Below are positions 28,654-47,189 of a stretch of DNA of 64,000 nt, in pieces (the first letter of the stretch is position 1; each line of letters starts with the position of its first letter). Location of the stretch: the NCBI RefSeq assembly GCF_009914755.1, contig NC_060925.1. The stretch is one strand, 5' to 3'. A model generated the notes under the pieces. It was not told the DNA's origin. It made no database searches and saw only the letters and a list, made by a program, of their open reading frames with translations. This stretch comes from the human T2T-CHM13v2.0 reference genome, Homo sapiens. The position numbers and the translations under genes are program-made.

Positions 28654-29716
28654 AGTTAGGGACTTTCTATGAGGAAAGTCATCCTATGTTTAAATGCTGC
28701 ATAAAATGGAAATTCCCACCAGGTTTAGCATGTACAACCTAAAAAAAGAAATCACGAGCTTATCCTTTGTGTAGTGGACCTATTCTTGAAATGGATCCTT
28801 TATGAAAGTATTGATGTTGACTGCATCTCTTTTGGGGTAATTGTAGGCAATGAATTCCTTAAAGAAATGAAAAAAGTTTTGTCTTAGATGGGGGCAGAAT
28901 TCTAGTTTGGCAGTGGAATTCTCAGTAATGGGAAGATGAGCTGGACTCCCTGTGGTGAATAAACCAGGGTGACTCTACCAAACTTGATCATTTGCCTCCA
29001 TTAGTCATGATGTCTTCATAAACACTGCAAAAGAGTTGAGGAAGAGCTAAGAATGCAAAAATATCCAAATTTACATTGATGACTGAATTAATTAGGACAC
29101 AACTAATTCAAAAATTCTGCTAACAAAAATAGGAGTCAGTGGGAAAGTAAATTAGCTCTCCTATCAGAGAAGGAAACACATATCAGACCTCCTCATCTTA
29201 AATTCAGTTTAAATATAGCCCAAACATAGTCCCGATGACTTTTCTTTGTCATCAGAGAGTGTGCTTTTGACTAATTCTGGCTTGGTTTCCAAGAAGATTC
29301 TGGTGCAATAATGAAGAATTGTTATCTGAGAGATGCACAGAATGTACCCAAATGGCTTTAATGCTAAATGGCCCAGCCAGAAGGGTGAGGCACCTCCGCT
29401 TGTCAGGTCAGAGTGGGAAGGAACAGTGAACAACTGCTGACATTCTCTCACTGTATGCATGACGCAATATGTTTTTAAGGAGAAAGAAGGAGAGGAAGCA
29501 CAGGAAGAGAGGACGGGAGAGATTTGAGAAGAGAGATAAAGGGATAGAAATTAAGGAGAAATTTGCTGTGGACATTGAATATTAAATTAAGATTATGTGC
29601 TATGCGAATATTCCCCTCCCCAATTTTTAGGATGTTAGAAAATGATTCCTGTTTAAAGGAGAGAGAAGCTTTCTGAAAAGCTAAAAACATCTCCCAAGAA
29701 ATTGGCTACAACTTCC

Positions 29717-29718
<2 letters not shown>

Positions 29719-29756
<38 letters not shown>

Positions 29757-29787
29757 AAAACAAAAACAAACAAACAAACAAAAAAAC
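29719..29787. repeat. (CA)n followed by (CAAA)n
   Basis: Compound microsatellite. Confidence 0.95.
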
Positions 29788-31664
29788 AAGTTTGAGAGAT
29801 ACGAATAGTCACAGGAGGGATATTTTATGGAACAAAATATTTATTCTTGTTTCACTTTTGAGGGTATCAAGACAGAAAATAGTCTCTGAAGGAAATCATG
29901 CCTCTGAAAGATATTTTAAGATCAAAGTTTGCCTGACATATAAACCAACTCACTAACAATGAAAAATGTGAAATTCTGTTTTGAAAGCCACTGATTTTTC
30001 TTTTTTCTTTTATCAATTTGGCCCTTTTGTCTTGCAAAATATACATGCAACTATAATAAAATGATCTTAAAACTTGAAACTTGTAATATGATCAGAGAAT
30101 TCAAGCCCCACATGGAATACTAGGAACTTAGTTTCCTTGACATACTTCTGACAATTTTTTGAAACAGTGACATTTATCTCATACTAAATGCCATCAATCT
30201 TCCCATTTATATATACAATGCATACTAAATTTTTGAAAAAAAAACTTTTCAATAGTATAATATCTTTTGTGGCTCAATTTCTTTTCAGTTGATGATGAGA
30301 AAATCAGAAATACATTGTTCTTACTAACTTGAGCTGAATGAAAGTCTTCATTTAAAGTAACTTAATTATATACAGAAAATATGTAATAAAATAATGACCT
30401 CTATTATAAATCATAAGTAGCAATCAAAATAACGATCAAATCAGATAATAAGTTTGATTATGTGTAGAATTCCTCTTTCCTTAGGTATGTTATTACTCCC
30501 AGAACAGGATGGAAACAAAAGGACTTGGCTGGAAATAGTCTCCCTCTTGATCACATGCCTAGTGCAGTTCTCTGTGCCCAGTAGGTTCTCAATAAATATT
30601 CAGTGATGATTATAATATGTCCTCTGGAAAACTACAATGTGCAGGTATGCATAGATTTCAGGTTAGAAAAAAAAAAAATTGGCCAGTGTAATTGATTGTA
30701 TATAAAGAAAAAGAATTCGATATCCAATATCCATCACGTAAACTGTGCACCCAGACAAACGCAACTGATCTATGGCATTTTTCTTTCAATTTCTTATTTT
30801 TTTGGCCACCCCACATACTAAATGGAGACCCACGGGACACACGCATCTCTTGGTCAAATTATTGAGGGGAAGGAAGAACTGTAACACTGTTGCCAATGTT
30901 TCTGGAAGGTGTACCTTATTTCCTGAAACAGGTCTTCCATTTCTAACTGTTCTTTTCCAGAGAATCGCCCTATGGAGCGCAGTACTTTGGAAGGTCCTGA
31001 GATTACTGTTACTGTGCCAGACTTTAGTCCATTCTGAAGTTAGAGAACAAAGTTGCACATGCAAAGTTGCACATGCCATAAGTATTTATGTTAAGGAAAT
31101 AAATGCTGAATTTAAAAAATAATCAAGCGTAAAACAGCTCTGATTATTTGCAGATTGTGATGGTATCTGGGAAAGGTTTAATATTAAGCCAGCGGAAAAG
31201 TGGGACAGTCATTTTGTTCCATTGCTGCAGCCTAACAACTGCACCTCCAGCAAATGTGAATCATAGGTCCCCAAAGGGAAAAGCAAGAGTAGATGGTTAG
31301 ATTTTTCAGTGCAGGAAACTGGAAGTCAATCTTGACTTTTAAATTTGTTTCATCTATATTATTCTACATGTAATCTGTGATGTGACCACGTTTTCTCTAC
31401 CATCTAAAAATATTTGAAATATTCCCACTTCTCACCAGCCTGCTGTCACTTTCATTTCTTATGGGGAATATGCAATAAACATGTCATTTGCCACCTTCAC
31501 ATGTCTTTAACCTCCTTAAATCCGTTTGCCTCTCTGTGGTCTGAGTCATATTTTTAAGTATCTGGACACAGTCAACTTACTTATATAAGGCACTGTTATA
31601 GGGACTTTATACATGTTTCTTTTTCTCATTCGAGACTCTCAAAAAATTCAATTTGATAAATGTA

Positions 31665-32118
31665 ATTATACCAACTTCCTATTGTTTCTGTAACAAATAT
31701 GAAGAACTTGCTGGCTTAAAGCATAAGAAATTTATTCCCAGTGAGTTCTGGAGGCTAGAAGTCTAAAATGAGTCTACAGGGCTAATATGGAAGTATCAAT
31801 AGCCTCCTTCCAGAGGCTCCAGGGGATAATCTATTCATTGCTTCTTTCAGCTTTTCGTGGGTATTGGCGTTCCTTGTTTTGTGACTGCATCTGTCCAACC
31901 TCTGCTTCCATTGTCATGCTGCCTTCTTCTCTTCTGTAGTGAAATCTCCCTCTGCTTTCCTCTTATAAGGATTACAGTTAGGTCCCACCTTGGTAATCCA
32001 CATGATCTCCCCATCTCAGCATCCTTAATTTAATTGCATTTTTTTCACCATAGAAAGTAATACAGGTTCCACAGATTAGGACCTGGCTATCTTTTGGGAT
32101 CTATTATTCAGCCTGGTG
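31665..32118. mobile_element. MLT1-type MaLR LTR
   Basis: CTGTAACAAAT..GGCTTAAA..GTTCTGGAGGCTAGAAGTCTAAAAT..ATTATTCAGCCT. Confidence 0.8.
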
Positions 32119-33059
32119 CAATAGTTCTCGCTTTTCACATATGACAATAAAGTTTCAGTGGGTTAGGTAGCAGGCCCAAGTTTATACATCCAGGAAGAAG
32201 CAAAACTGATATTCAAACTCAAGTCTTTTTGATCCTAGAATTAATGTTCATGTATGATGAAGAAACTGGATGTAGTAAGCTCAAAGAAAAAAAATCGAAA
32301 ACAGGCATGATTACCCCCAAATATTTGAAAGAACCATCATATGATAAAATAGCTAATCATAATATCTCATATATATTGAAGACTTATATATGCCAAGAGG
32401 TATCATAAGCCCCTTTACAAGTATTAACTCATTTAACATTTACAACTCCATAATATAATTTCCGTTATTACTGGTTAAGTTAATTTTTCAAAATGTCATA
32501 GCTAGTAAGTGATGGAGTTGATGTTTGAACACTTGTTGTCTGGCTTCAGAGCCTGTGCTCTAAGTCTCCCTAAGATGTACTGATCTCATCCTATAAGTTC
32601 TGGCAGAAAGAACTTGAACCAATGGAAAAAAGTAGATGAAGACAAATATTTACTTCAATATTAGAAGAACAATTAACAATTGCAGCTGTTCAAAAATGAA
32701 ATGGGCTTCCTTTTGAGATAGAGAAGTCTCTGTCACTGGGAATAATATAAGGATTGACACTGCTTCTCTGACATATTGAAGCTGATGATGATGAATTAGA
32801 GACAAGTTAGACTGATAATTTCAGTTACTTCCAGCTTTATAAGCTATGGTTTTAGGATTTTATAACTTCAAAGGCTTATCATCAATGTGGAGCCATTGGT
32901 AAATGAATGGTAGTGTGTTTTAGGAAGATTAATCTAGCACAGGGTCATCATGAAAGTGAATAGAGAAAGAGAAGTTTAGGGAGAAATCATGTAGGAAATT
33001 ATTTTAATATAGTTAATAGTGGGCTTGAAACAGCCACTGTGAGGATAAAAAGAAAGGGA

Positions 33060-34690
<1,631 letters not shown>

Positions 34691-36453
34691 AGAGATCAAG
34701 TGAGACACTGAAGAAGCAAGATTCTGAGTTTCAGTCTAGTCAAGAGATCTACATGAAAAATCTGATGTTTACACCTTAATTTTAGAAGAATGATGGTGTC
34801 ACTGGCAAAAATAGAGAAGTCTGAAGTCAATACTTTTTTTTAAGGTGGACAATGTAACCTCAGTTTTGATCATGAAATTTAAGGAATAAGCAAGACATCT
34901 AAAAGATTATTGTAGTTAAGGACTGGAACTTGAGAAGATGCCTAGGTTACACATAAAAGTTTGGCGATAATTTATATAGATAGTAGTTCTCTGCAACAAT
35001 TAGCTTTCATTAAATAGATTTCATTTTACATGCATTATCTAATTTAATTCTTGCATCAACCCTATAAAGTAGATATCATTGCCCCATTTCATAGATGAGG
35101 AGACTTAGAGAGGTTAAATAATTTGCCCAAGTTCACATAAGTACATGAGTGCTGGAGCATCAAACCATACCCATCTGATCTCAGAGCCCATACTCTTCAT
35201 CACTTTGTATACTGTCATAAGAGTAAGTACAGTCATTCTGAGTGGCGCTTCTTGAAAGTTGCTTCTAGATTGTGCCTCATGGCAGAGTAGACTGCCAGCA
35301 TATTCTGCCTGTGCCTGAGTGAGGAGGGTAGATGGGAGGAAGTTGATGGATACCTCTCAAGTATTAATAACACACTGAAAAAAAGTCCACATCTTAAAAA
35401 TTCATCCTAATATTCCATTAATTTAAACAAAATGTTTTCTCCTCCCCAAGTATCAAGTAAACCTGATAAGCTAAGAAGATATGCCCTGTGTAACCTCTGC
35501 CTTCACTTTCAGCAGACTCTCCTACACTCTGGGCTTGGGAAAAGAATGACCCAGGCTGAAAAACATAGGCCGTAGTAGAACATAGAGGGCTAGGGACAGG
35601 AGCATGAATACAGGGACTGAAATGTCAGTATTTGGGAAATGAAAGGAAGAAGAAGGACTTGTACAAAGAAGGAAAGAATTGTTAGAGAAGTGAGGCCAAA
35701 TTGTCATAACAGAGAACAAAGCAGGGTGAGAGTTTCCACACTATCAAATGCTACATGGAAATGTCTAAAAGGTTAAGAAATTGCAAAGAAAAAAAAAAAC
35801 CCAAAACAAAAAAGCCTTTATATTTAGCAGTAAGTAACTCTCAAAGGTGGAGTTTAAATGGGGTGAGAGTCTGATTACAAAACAGTAAGAAATCCGTAGG
35901 TACTCAGAAATTGGAGGGACAATCAGCGAATGTTATTGGTTTGTGAAGTTTGTAGGAGGAAAAAAGGTGCTGGATAAACAAAATAAGAAACACTACATCA
36001 GTGAAGGTGTTTCTGTCACTTACTACAGAAATTAATTCTGCACAATTTAAGTAAAAAGAGAATTTAGTACAAAGATCTAAGATAATTCTCAGAATTGAAA
36101 GAAAAACTAAAGAATCAGACCTTAGAAAGTACAAGAGCTGGACCATTTCTAACAGGAACTATTAAATAGGAACTAGCAAATGGTCTCTTCAGGACAATAC
36201 TGTCAGGTGAATCTCCTCCAGCTCTTTTCAGTTTTTGTGTTGTTGTGGTTCAAGTCATAAATACCAGGGAGAATGTCTGACTGGCCTAGTTCCGGTCACA
36301 TGCTCCCCCTTTACCAGGGAAGGATAATGTCCTTGAATTACAGTTTATCTACTAAGGAAAAGCCAGTTCTTCAAAGAAAACTGGACAATGAGCCCCAAAA
36401 GGAAAAAAAAAAAAGTCCCCAGCCCATGTTTACCACTAAGGAGTAGAAAAACA

Positions 36454-36645
36454 CAGGCAGTTCTCACTTTGCACTGTGCAGTGTTAGCTGAAACAGATGC
36501 ATGCTGGCACTGATTCTTTACTTTGCACAGTTTTGTGGTAACTGACATTTGACCTTGGACCCACGGAATGTTGCAAAGTGAGGAATAGGTACCAGTACAC
36601 ACCAGTTGCAGTTAACATAGTAGCGTGCAAAGCAAGGACTGCCTG
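36454..36645. mobile_element. Small Tigger-like MITE
   Basis: 21-bp imperfect TIRs CAGGCAGTTCTCACTTTGCAC / GTGCAAAGCAAGGACTGCCTG. Confidence 0.7.
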
Positions 36646-38499
36646 CATATATGACCAAGAACAACTATAAAAAATAAGAGCTTTCAAAGAATTTTGTAGA
36701 ATCAAAATATAGTATACCACGTATATAATATTTATAATATACTATATGTAAAATATAGATGATCTTAGAGAACATCAAATATAGCCCTCTTATCATAGCA
36801 AAGGAAACAGAGGCACATTGACGTATCCAGGGCTTTCTTCCTGAACAAACAAATTATACTAGCTAAAGAAGTAAAAAAAAAAAAAAAGAAAAGAAAAAAG
36901 AAAAAGAGTGGTGTAGAGCTGCTACAACTTAACAGGGAAAGCAATCTGTGGGAAGTGAGTTTTGAGATAGGTTTTGAAGGACTACTGAAATGTGTTTCTT
37001 CAGGTGTAAATTGAGGAGGGCTGGTCTAAATCTCTAAGAGCCTTTTCAGCTCTGACATGCTATGATTCAGAGCAAGATGTACTAAAATTATCAAGTCATA
37101 TACAGAGAATGGTAAGCAGGGTGGTTTGATTGGAGCAAAGAGGCATGTTGGGAAATTATGACAGCTCCAGGAGGGTCAGCTGATGGATGTCTAGCTGGGA
37201 GTTCAGGGTTAATACTCCTCTGAGGGGGCTAAGAGACTATGCCACCTCCGAAATGTTGCAGTATGCTCTCCATTGTGAAGCAACAATTCAACACATTCAT
37301 TAAAACAATAGCACCCAATACGCTTCCCAGGGAATGTGATTAAAGCATTATTGGAAAAAATTTTCCTACAAGACTGTAACAGCTGAGATTCCCTACTATC
37401 TTATTGGATGAAGCAGCTATAATTTTTAATTCTCATTTTCATGGAGTATATGTGACTTATAGCAGATGTATGGAGTCCCTAAGGCCAGTGTTAAGAGATA
37501 CACAGAATGAACATACAGATTGAAGATTGAATATAACTCATTTTAGTAACCATATGAGAAACCTGCTCATAGTTGCCAAACAATGTTTGCTGAATGTTTT
37601 ATTCCCTCGTGGGAGCATTTACTTTTCATATATATAGAGGTTAGATGATATTTTTAAAAAAGAAAATTACCCGAATTCTTTTGGTTCTATTATCTATTAT
37701 CTTTTCACAAACCCAAATGCTTTTTGATCAGATTACCAAAATTAATGGACAAGGAAATGTATTCAGTTATTTCACTGAAGTCCAGTTGTATTATGCTATC
37801 TTAGTACATCAAAACCAACATCTTATGCTTGCTTCTGTGCCCTGCCTCTTCTTTTCTTGCAAGTTTCAGCATCCTTCTCTAATTTCATTCTTTCTTTGTC
37901 TGCCTGTGTATCTTTCTCTGTCTCTCACCTTCTACCACTCAATCTTTGTTAGCATTGTTTGCTTTGAGTTAATCAAGATGCTTTATCTTCCCCTTGTCTC
38001 CTAGCCATTTTGGCACACTTACACCAAGCTTCTACTATATTTTTATAAATGAGTTGGGAATATTTTCTCTGTCCATAACTGCCAGTGGGTTCATTCCAAA
38101 TCACGGTGACTCTGGAAGTTATAAATGAGAGCTGGGATCAGACCTGGAGTGGGCAAATGTAGAGGCTACTTCTTATGTAAGTTGTTCATCCTTTCTGTGA
38201 TAATCCCATATTGTCGACTGTGGCACACATGCTTTCTTATCACCTGCTCACCTATAGTCACCATTTTCTCAAATGCTTTATTTATTTTATTGCTTTAACT
38301 GAAACCAAACTTTATCCTCCTGATACTCATTAGAGTCTGTCATTCTACTCATTGCACACTAGTGCTTCAAGGGTTTGTCCAACTATTTCTTTCTCCTTCT
38401 TCTTCTTCTTCTTCCCATTAACGTCATAAGTCTATGCCAAATTTTTCCCATCATTAAGTTTTTATCTAGATTTTTTTTTCCTTTTTCTGGATGACATAA

Positions 38500-40470
<1,971 letters not shown>

Positions 40471-41175
40471 TATTAGTCAATGATTGATACATTAATGCTT
40501 TTTAACAAACAACCCCAAATTTTAGTGGTTGGACATCTGCTGCTTGCCATCATAGAAAAGCATCATGGGACCAGACTTAAATTCCCATTATAATAATTAA
40601 AATGTTTGACAAATATATAAAGTAGTTGTTTTTAGACATTGAACAACAGGCAGCATAGAACTATAATCCCTGAGAAAAGGGAAACAAAAGAGATGAGCCC
40701 TATAATCCCCTTGTATTTCTCCCTGGAGTCAGTTTCTAGCCTGTGAGTACAGGGATGGAAACCTAAACAGAACCCAGAGCCCCCTGGGATTAGGACGTGA
40801 ACTTGAAATTTAATGGGGGCAGAGACAGCTGTAAGTTGTAGGACAGACTCCAAAAGGAGGGAGTCATTAAGAAAAAGTTTTCAATAATTAGTGTAGATTT
40901 CCCTTTGAGTCTTGCTGATTATTAGGCCATGCATGTATAAATCTGTATAAAGAACAAGTAGAGTATGGTGAGTTAAACAAACAACTTCCAGAGTTCACAA
41001 AGGACAAAAAGGTGTTCTACCTCCCAACTGCTAGAGTTGAGAATCCTTAGTGACCATCTGGGACCCCAGAGGGGTTATGCCTTAGAAATGGGACTGAGTA
41101 ATTACTAGAGCGAAGACTTGTCTAGAGGTTCTAACAAAGCTTAAAACACGTTCTGGAAGGATAAAGTTGATAGAG

Positions 41176-41220
41176 TATATTTATCAAGGTTCTCCACAGA
41201 AACAAAAGCAATAGAATAGA

Positions 41221-41261
<41 letters not shown>

Positions 41262-41762
41262 TAGATACACAGACAGACAGACAGACAGACAGTTATAAAT
41301 GTAGAAGAGAGGATTTATTACGGGAACTGGTTCATGCAATTATAGAGGCTGAGAAGTTCCATGATACACCATCTGCAAGCTGGAGAAAAACAAAAGCCAG
41401 TAGTTTAACTCTCAGTCTCAGTTTGAAGGCCTAAGAAACTATGAGGCTGCTAGTGTAAGTCCCAGAGTCTGATGGCCAGGGAACCTGGAGTTCTGATGTC
41501 TGAGGGCAGAAGATGGATATTCCAGCTCCAAAAGAGAGAGTAAATTTTCCCTTTCTCCACCTTTTTCTTCTAGGTTGGCCCTCAATGGATTGGATGACGC
41601 CTGCCCACACTGGTGAGGGCAGATCTTCTTTGCTTGGTCTACTCTTTCAAACACCGATCTCTTCCAAAAACGTCCTCACAGGCACAACCAAAAATATTGT
41701 TTTACCAGCTATCGTAATATCCTTTAACCTAGTCATGTTGACACATAAAATTAATTATCACA
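41176..41762 (-). mobile_element. MLT2 (B/C/D) ERVL LTR containing a TAGA/CAGA STR
   Basis: GGTTCTCCACAGAAACA..GAGGCTGAGAAGTTCC..GTTGACACATAAAATTAATTATCACA; STR at ~41212-41291. Confidence 0.85.
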
Positions 41763-41769
41763 GCAAGTA

Positions 41770-44500
41770 ACTTAAACACACAGACAGAGAGAGAGAGAGA
41801 GAATCAGAAATACATATGAAGATAACAAAATCCAAACAGTCAGACAATGTTCAGCACCCAATCCAAAATTACTAGATAGTCTAAAAAACTAAAATATGCA
41901 ATTAGGAGAAAAATCAGTCAATGGAAACAGAATAAGACATGACAGAGATGATAGAACTAGCAGACAGAAAAGATGTTACAACAACTGTTATACTATGTAA
42001 ACTACTTAGAACAAAAGTACATAATAAAAAGATACAGAGAAAAATAAAAAGTCTAGACATGAAAAATATAACTCTGTAATGAAAACTTTACTGAATGAGG
42101 TTAATATCAACAGATAATAGACACTGCAGATGAAATAAAATAATCAGTAGTCTTTCATATAACAATAGAATAAAGCAAAAGAGAAGAAACAAACAAACAA
42201 AAAAAACCCCAAAGCTTCTGTGATCTATGGAACATTATAAAGTATTTAAAAGGTATGAATTATGTCCTGGGGGTAAGAGGGGGAAAATATTTGATGAAAT
42301 AGTGGCCAAAACATCTTCACATTTGCTAAAAACTATAAAGCCAAATTCCAAGAAGCTCAATGTAAACTTAATGAAGAATGAACACCCCCCCCCGCCCCCC
42401 CGCCAGCAACAGACATACACACAGAGTGAAGTGGAAGGTGAAATAATATTGAGAGAAACAGTGATAATCATACAATCTTAAAAATAGAGAAAAAAGAAAC
42501 ATTACATAGAAATACAAAGATATGAAGCTAAAGACTTCTTGTGAGACGTTATCAAAGTCAGGAGGAAATGGAGTGGCATATTAAAAGTACTAAGAATGCT
42601 GTCAGCCTATAATTTTACACTCAATGAAAATATCCATACAAAGGGGGGGTGGGTAAAAGAGATTTTGCAGAAATCAAAAACTGAGGGTGTCATCAGCAGA
42701 CATGAACTATAAGAAATGTAAAATGAAGCTCAACAGCAGAAATAAAATGATACCAAATGGAGACATGTATCTCAAAAAATAACAAGATTGCAAAAAATTG
42801 TAAATATGTGGGCAAACATAGCAGATTTTTTTGTGTGTTTTAAAATTCTTTAAAATATACTTGTTTAATTTGGAAGCAATGGTAACATATTGTGGGGTTT
42901 ATAGTATGCTGTTTAGGGACCTTATAATAAATATGAAGAGCAGGGTAACCCATTTTATTCCCGTGTGCCTGTGACTTTCCTGGTTTGGTCACTAAAAGTC
43001 CTAAAAACTGGGAACTCCCTACTTCTACCCACAGACCTTGGCAAACAGGAATGGTTAGTCATCCAAGGTGGAAAAGCAGCTGTAATACATTAAAAGTGCA
43101 TTTTGTAAGCCCTAGAAAAACCACTGAAAAACAAAACAAAAAAAAGTATAGCTCATAAGTAAATAGTAGAGATAAAATGGAATACTAAAAATACTCAGTT
43201 AATCCAAAAGTAGGCAGGAAAAGAGTAAAAAAGGAACAAAAAGGAGATGACACAAATAGAAAAAAAAGCAAGTTGAAAATTTAAACTGACAAATATCAAT
43301 AATTATATTAAATTTAAATGGCCTGAACACTTCAATTAAAAGACAGAAATTGTCAGAATAGATCATCAAAGACCTAATTTCATGTTGTTAACAAGAAACT
43401 CATTTAAAATATAAAACACAAATAGGTTAAAAGTAAAAAGATGAAAAAGTTATACCATGAAAACCCAGAGCATTACAAAAAGGTGGAGTGGATGTAATTA
43501 ATATCAGATAAAACAGATTTCAGAACATGGCATATTACCTAGAATTTCATGATCTTAAAGGGATCAAACCACTAAGGAGACAAACAATCCTAAATATGTA
43601 TGCATTTGATAATAGGGCTTCAGGAATATGAAGCAAAATCTGAATAAACTGAAAGAATAAATATTAATAGAGCAAATCGACAGATAGTAAGAGTATAGAT
43701 GCCTGGACAATACTAAACAACTTGATGTAATTGACATTTATAGAACTCTGCAACCAGCATCAGCAATATACACATTTTTTTCAGGACTGTTTGAAACATT
43801 CAGCTAGACCATATTCTAAATCAAAAAGTAATTTTCAATAAGTTTAGAAATATAATTAAAATAATACAGTATATGCTACCTAATGATAAAGAAATTAAAT
43901 TAGAAAGTAATAATAGAAAAATACCTGAAAATCTTCAGTATGTGGAAATAAAGCATGCTTTTAAATACCCACGGGAACAAAGAAGAAATTACAGGAAAAT
44001 TATAAAATATTTTGAAAAAAAAGAAAACTAAAAACGCAACATATTAATATCATGGGTTGCAGCTAAAGGCTGGAGAAAATTTTATAGCTTTAATGGTTAT
44101 ATTGAAACAGACAAAGATTCTAAAACCAATAATCTAAACTCCCACATTAAGAAATGAAAAATAGGAACAAATTAAACTCAAAATAAGCAGAAGAAAGGAA
44201 ATAATAAAGGTGAGAAGAAAGTAATGAAATAGAAAAAGAATAGAGGGAGCCTATGAAACCGAATCTTGCTCCTTTGAAGAAAAACAGAACAAAATTGATA
44301 AACTTCTGGCTAGGCTGGTCAAGATTGAAAGAAGAGATAAATTGCTAACATTCAGGATGAAACAGAGGAGCTCACTATGTATCCTATAGAGATTATAGTA
44401 ATAATATGATAATATCACAAAAACTTCCCTTCTAACAAGTACAACAATTGAAATGGACAAATTCTTTGAAAGACACAAGTTACTAAAACAGACTCAACTA
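41770..44500 (+). mobile_element. Old L1M ORF1-ORF2 5' region
   Basis: A-rich L1 text including endonuclease start TTAAATTTAAATGGCCTGAACACTTCAATTAAAAGACAGA; continues 5' of the MLT2 to about 40540. Confidence 0.82.
42942..43065. mobile_element. MER94-like hAT MITE
   Basis: AGGGTAACC..GACTTTCCTGGTTT..GGCAAACAGGAATGGTTAGTCATCC. Confidence 0.6.
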
Positions 44501-44519
44501 TTTTAACGCAATCGGTATC

Positions 44520-45660
44520 TACAACAATTACCATGAAACCATTTTGACAAGGTCACTGATGACTGCCCTGCTACTGAATACAATAATCTTTCAGTACCGA
44601 TTTTTCTATTTGATGGTATTGAGCACTTCCTGAAATTTTTCTTTCTCTTTTTGGTGACATAATACTTTCTTTGATTTGTTCCTGTCTCTATGGTTATTCT
44701 TTATCATAATCTTCCATGGCTTAATTTTCCTTTGTCCACATGTTGGCTTTCTCTCAAAGTCTGTCCTGGACTCCACTCTCACTCAAAAACCTCTCTGGGT
44801 GATCTCATTTATTTTCAAGACTTTATTATCCTCTGTAGACTGATAAATCCCATATTTGTGACTCAATCAGGCAATTAAATATCTGCACCTGAGTGTATCA
44901 CAGGCACCATGAACTCAACATTTCAAAATGGATTTCATTTGCTGTCCATATTGGAACTTTCATCTTTGCTTTTGCTTTCTCAATAAATGCCTGAGTCATT
45001 TCTGCAATTTCCTTATTTTCCCAAGCCAGGAAGTTTAGAGTCATCTTTCACTGCCTGTCTCTCTCAGTTTCATAATCCAGCTAGTCATCAAGTTGTGTAG
45101 ACTCCACCTACCTACCTACTGTTTGCATTATTACTACTTAACTTTAGGTCGCTATTTCTTGCTTAGTATATCCCTCAAACTGTTCTCTCTTACTTCCTTT
45201 TTCCCCACTACTCTATTCCATTGTCTACATGTGCAAGAATTATCTTTCAGAAACAGGAACCTGATTATTCTCCTTCTTAAAGCCCTTGATCACTAACCTT
45301 TACAGTTAGAATAAGGATCAAACCCTATTGCAGTGTGCAATGTCTTTTGCAGTTTGATCCTTGCTTTTCTTTCACCTTATCTATCACCTCTTGCTCAGCC
45401 TTTACAATTTGCCCTTTAATTGTGATTACTTGCAGTTTTATTCATTTGTTCTCCCTATCCACTACCCTCAAGCTCTATACATTGATGCTGTCTCAGACGA
45501 GAAAGCTTTCCCTCAACCCCTTTCCACATTACTTCTTGTCCTTCAGAACTAAGCCCAAGCATTACTTCCTCCAGAAATCTCATTGCATCTCACCAACCTG
45601 AGCTGTTATCTTTCCTAAGTATTCTTATACCCCCTACAAATAAAACTTACATAATACTTA
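44520..45660 (+). mobile_element. L2
   Basis: CAAGGTCACTGATGAC.., TCACAGGCACC..AACTCAACAT, CAAGCCAGGAAGTTTAGAGTCATCTTT. Confidence 0.75.
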
Positions 45661-45823
45661 TTACACTTTGGAAAAATATTGAAAACAAACAATGATATTT
45701 GGAAAAGCAAAGTCATAACTCTACAGATTTATGAAATGGAGAGAAAAATGTAAAATAAAATGTTAACACAACATATAGAGCTTGGTTAAATGGAGAAAGA
45801 CACTACAGATAAAAATAATTGTC

Positions 45824-46172
<349 letters not shown>

Positions 46173-46187
46173 GTCTATTTTAATACT

Positions 46188-46382
46188 AAAAAGGAAAGAA
46201 AGAAGGAAGGAAGAAAAAAGAATGAGAGAAATAGAGAAAGAGGAAAAGAAAGAAAGTAATGAAGGAAGGAAGAGATAGAGAAAGAAAGAAGAAAGAAAGA
46301 AAGAAAAGAAGGAGGGTGGGAGGAAGAGAGGAAGGAAGGAAGGAAGGAAAGAAGAAAAATAGGAAGAAGAGGGAAAAAAGGG
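46188..46382. repeat. Polypurine (GAA/GGAA) low-complexity tract
   Basis: Almost pure A/G. Confidence 0.9.
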
Positions 46383-47189
46383 CCTGAAAGATGTGTTTAT
46401 AGTAGCACCACTGGGGGCAGTGGAATGAAATTGAGCAAAATGTAATGCAAGCTGGTTTTCCAGAAGAAAAATCTTAATAACCAGATCCATTGGTCTATGG
46501 ATGGAGCCATTGGAGGAAAAGTGATAAGTTCCAACATTTGAGACATTTTATGCTGAAAATATCTAGTATCTGAAACAAACTGGGTGAAGGGAAAAATGTT
46601 CTGTTGGCCAAGGATTTCTGGGATCCTACAGATCTTTCCTCTAATTTTTGGATGCCACTAAATTTTGTGATTCATATCCAGAAAGCCCAGCTCTGATAGG
46701 CCAGAAATATTAGAACCAAATACAAATAGTTTGCCACACATCTTCTCCTTCCATAGGTTTAGAGCTTTGATTCTGTTTTGCTTCAGAAGCAGTTCAGGTC
46801 ATAGTCAATGGACACAAAGAAGATGCATCTTCAAACCAGGATATGATTGGGAAGACTAAAGACTTGCAATTCTCCAGGTATGGTGCAAAGCACTTACTAT
46901 GATTCAAAAGAAGCCTTGAAGACAAATTGAGCATTTGAGAACCACAGGGTGCAATTACTTTTACAAAAGATTTGTGTGATCAACAACCAGAAACTTTAAG
47001 AGTCTGTTATTTAAAAAATTAAATATTGAATTTACTTACTTTTTGCCTTACACAGGCAGCTGCTAGGAAGTATTTGATACTAAGTACTGGGAATTATGGC
47101 ATGTGCCAAAAGGATTTTAGAATTGGGATCTAAGTTGTGATCTAATTAAACAATAAGACCTGACAAAACAGTCACTACTGGTCTGTTAA

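Larger units (their letters stand above)
24850..29450 (-). pseudogene. TLR11/12-like pseudogene copy D, near full length, interrupted by a MER4 LTR and MIR/L2
   Basis: HYCTR..SGLCLGY (ORF 29209-29460); VFPSL (~29179); LMTLRLNNNL (~27922); QAQSATL..ITGLDL (ORF 27602-27793); INHIISGSWF (ORF 27279-27485); TSL*RL (~25955); VGISLL (~25835); Cys-rich LRR-CT ending SWKNTCRNNL (~25705-25530); LYCLKG*R and VLIYFCDKYH*I (~25400-25305); TIR-like DMENLFQAI (~25065). Confidence 0.72.
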
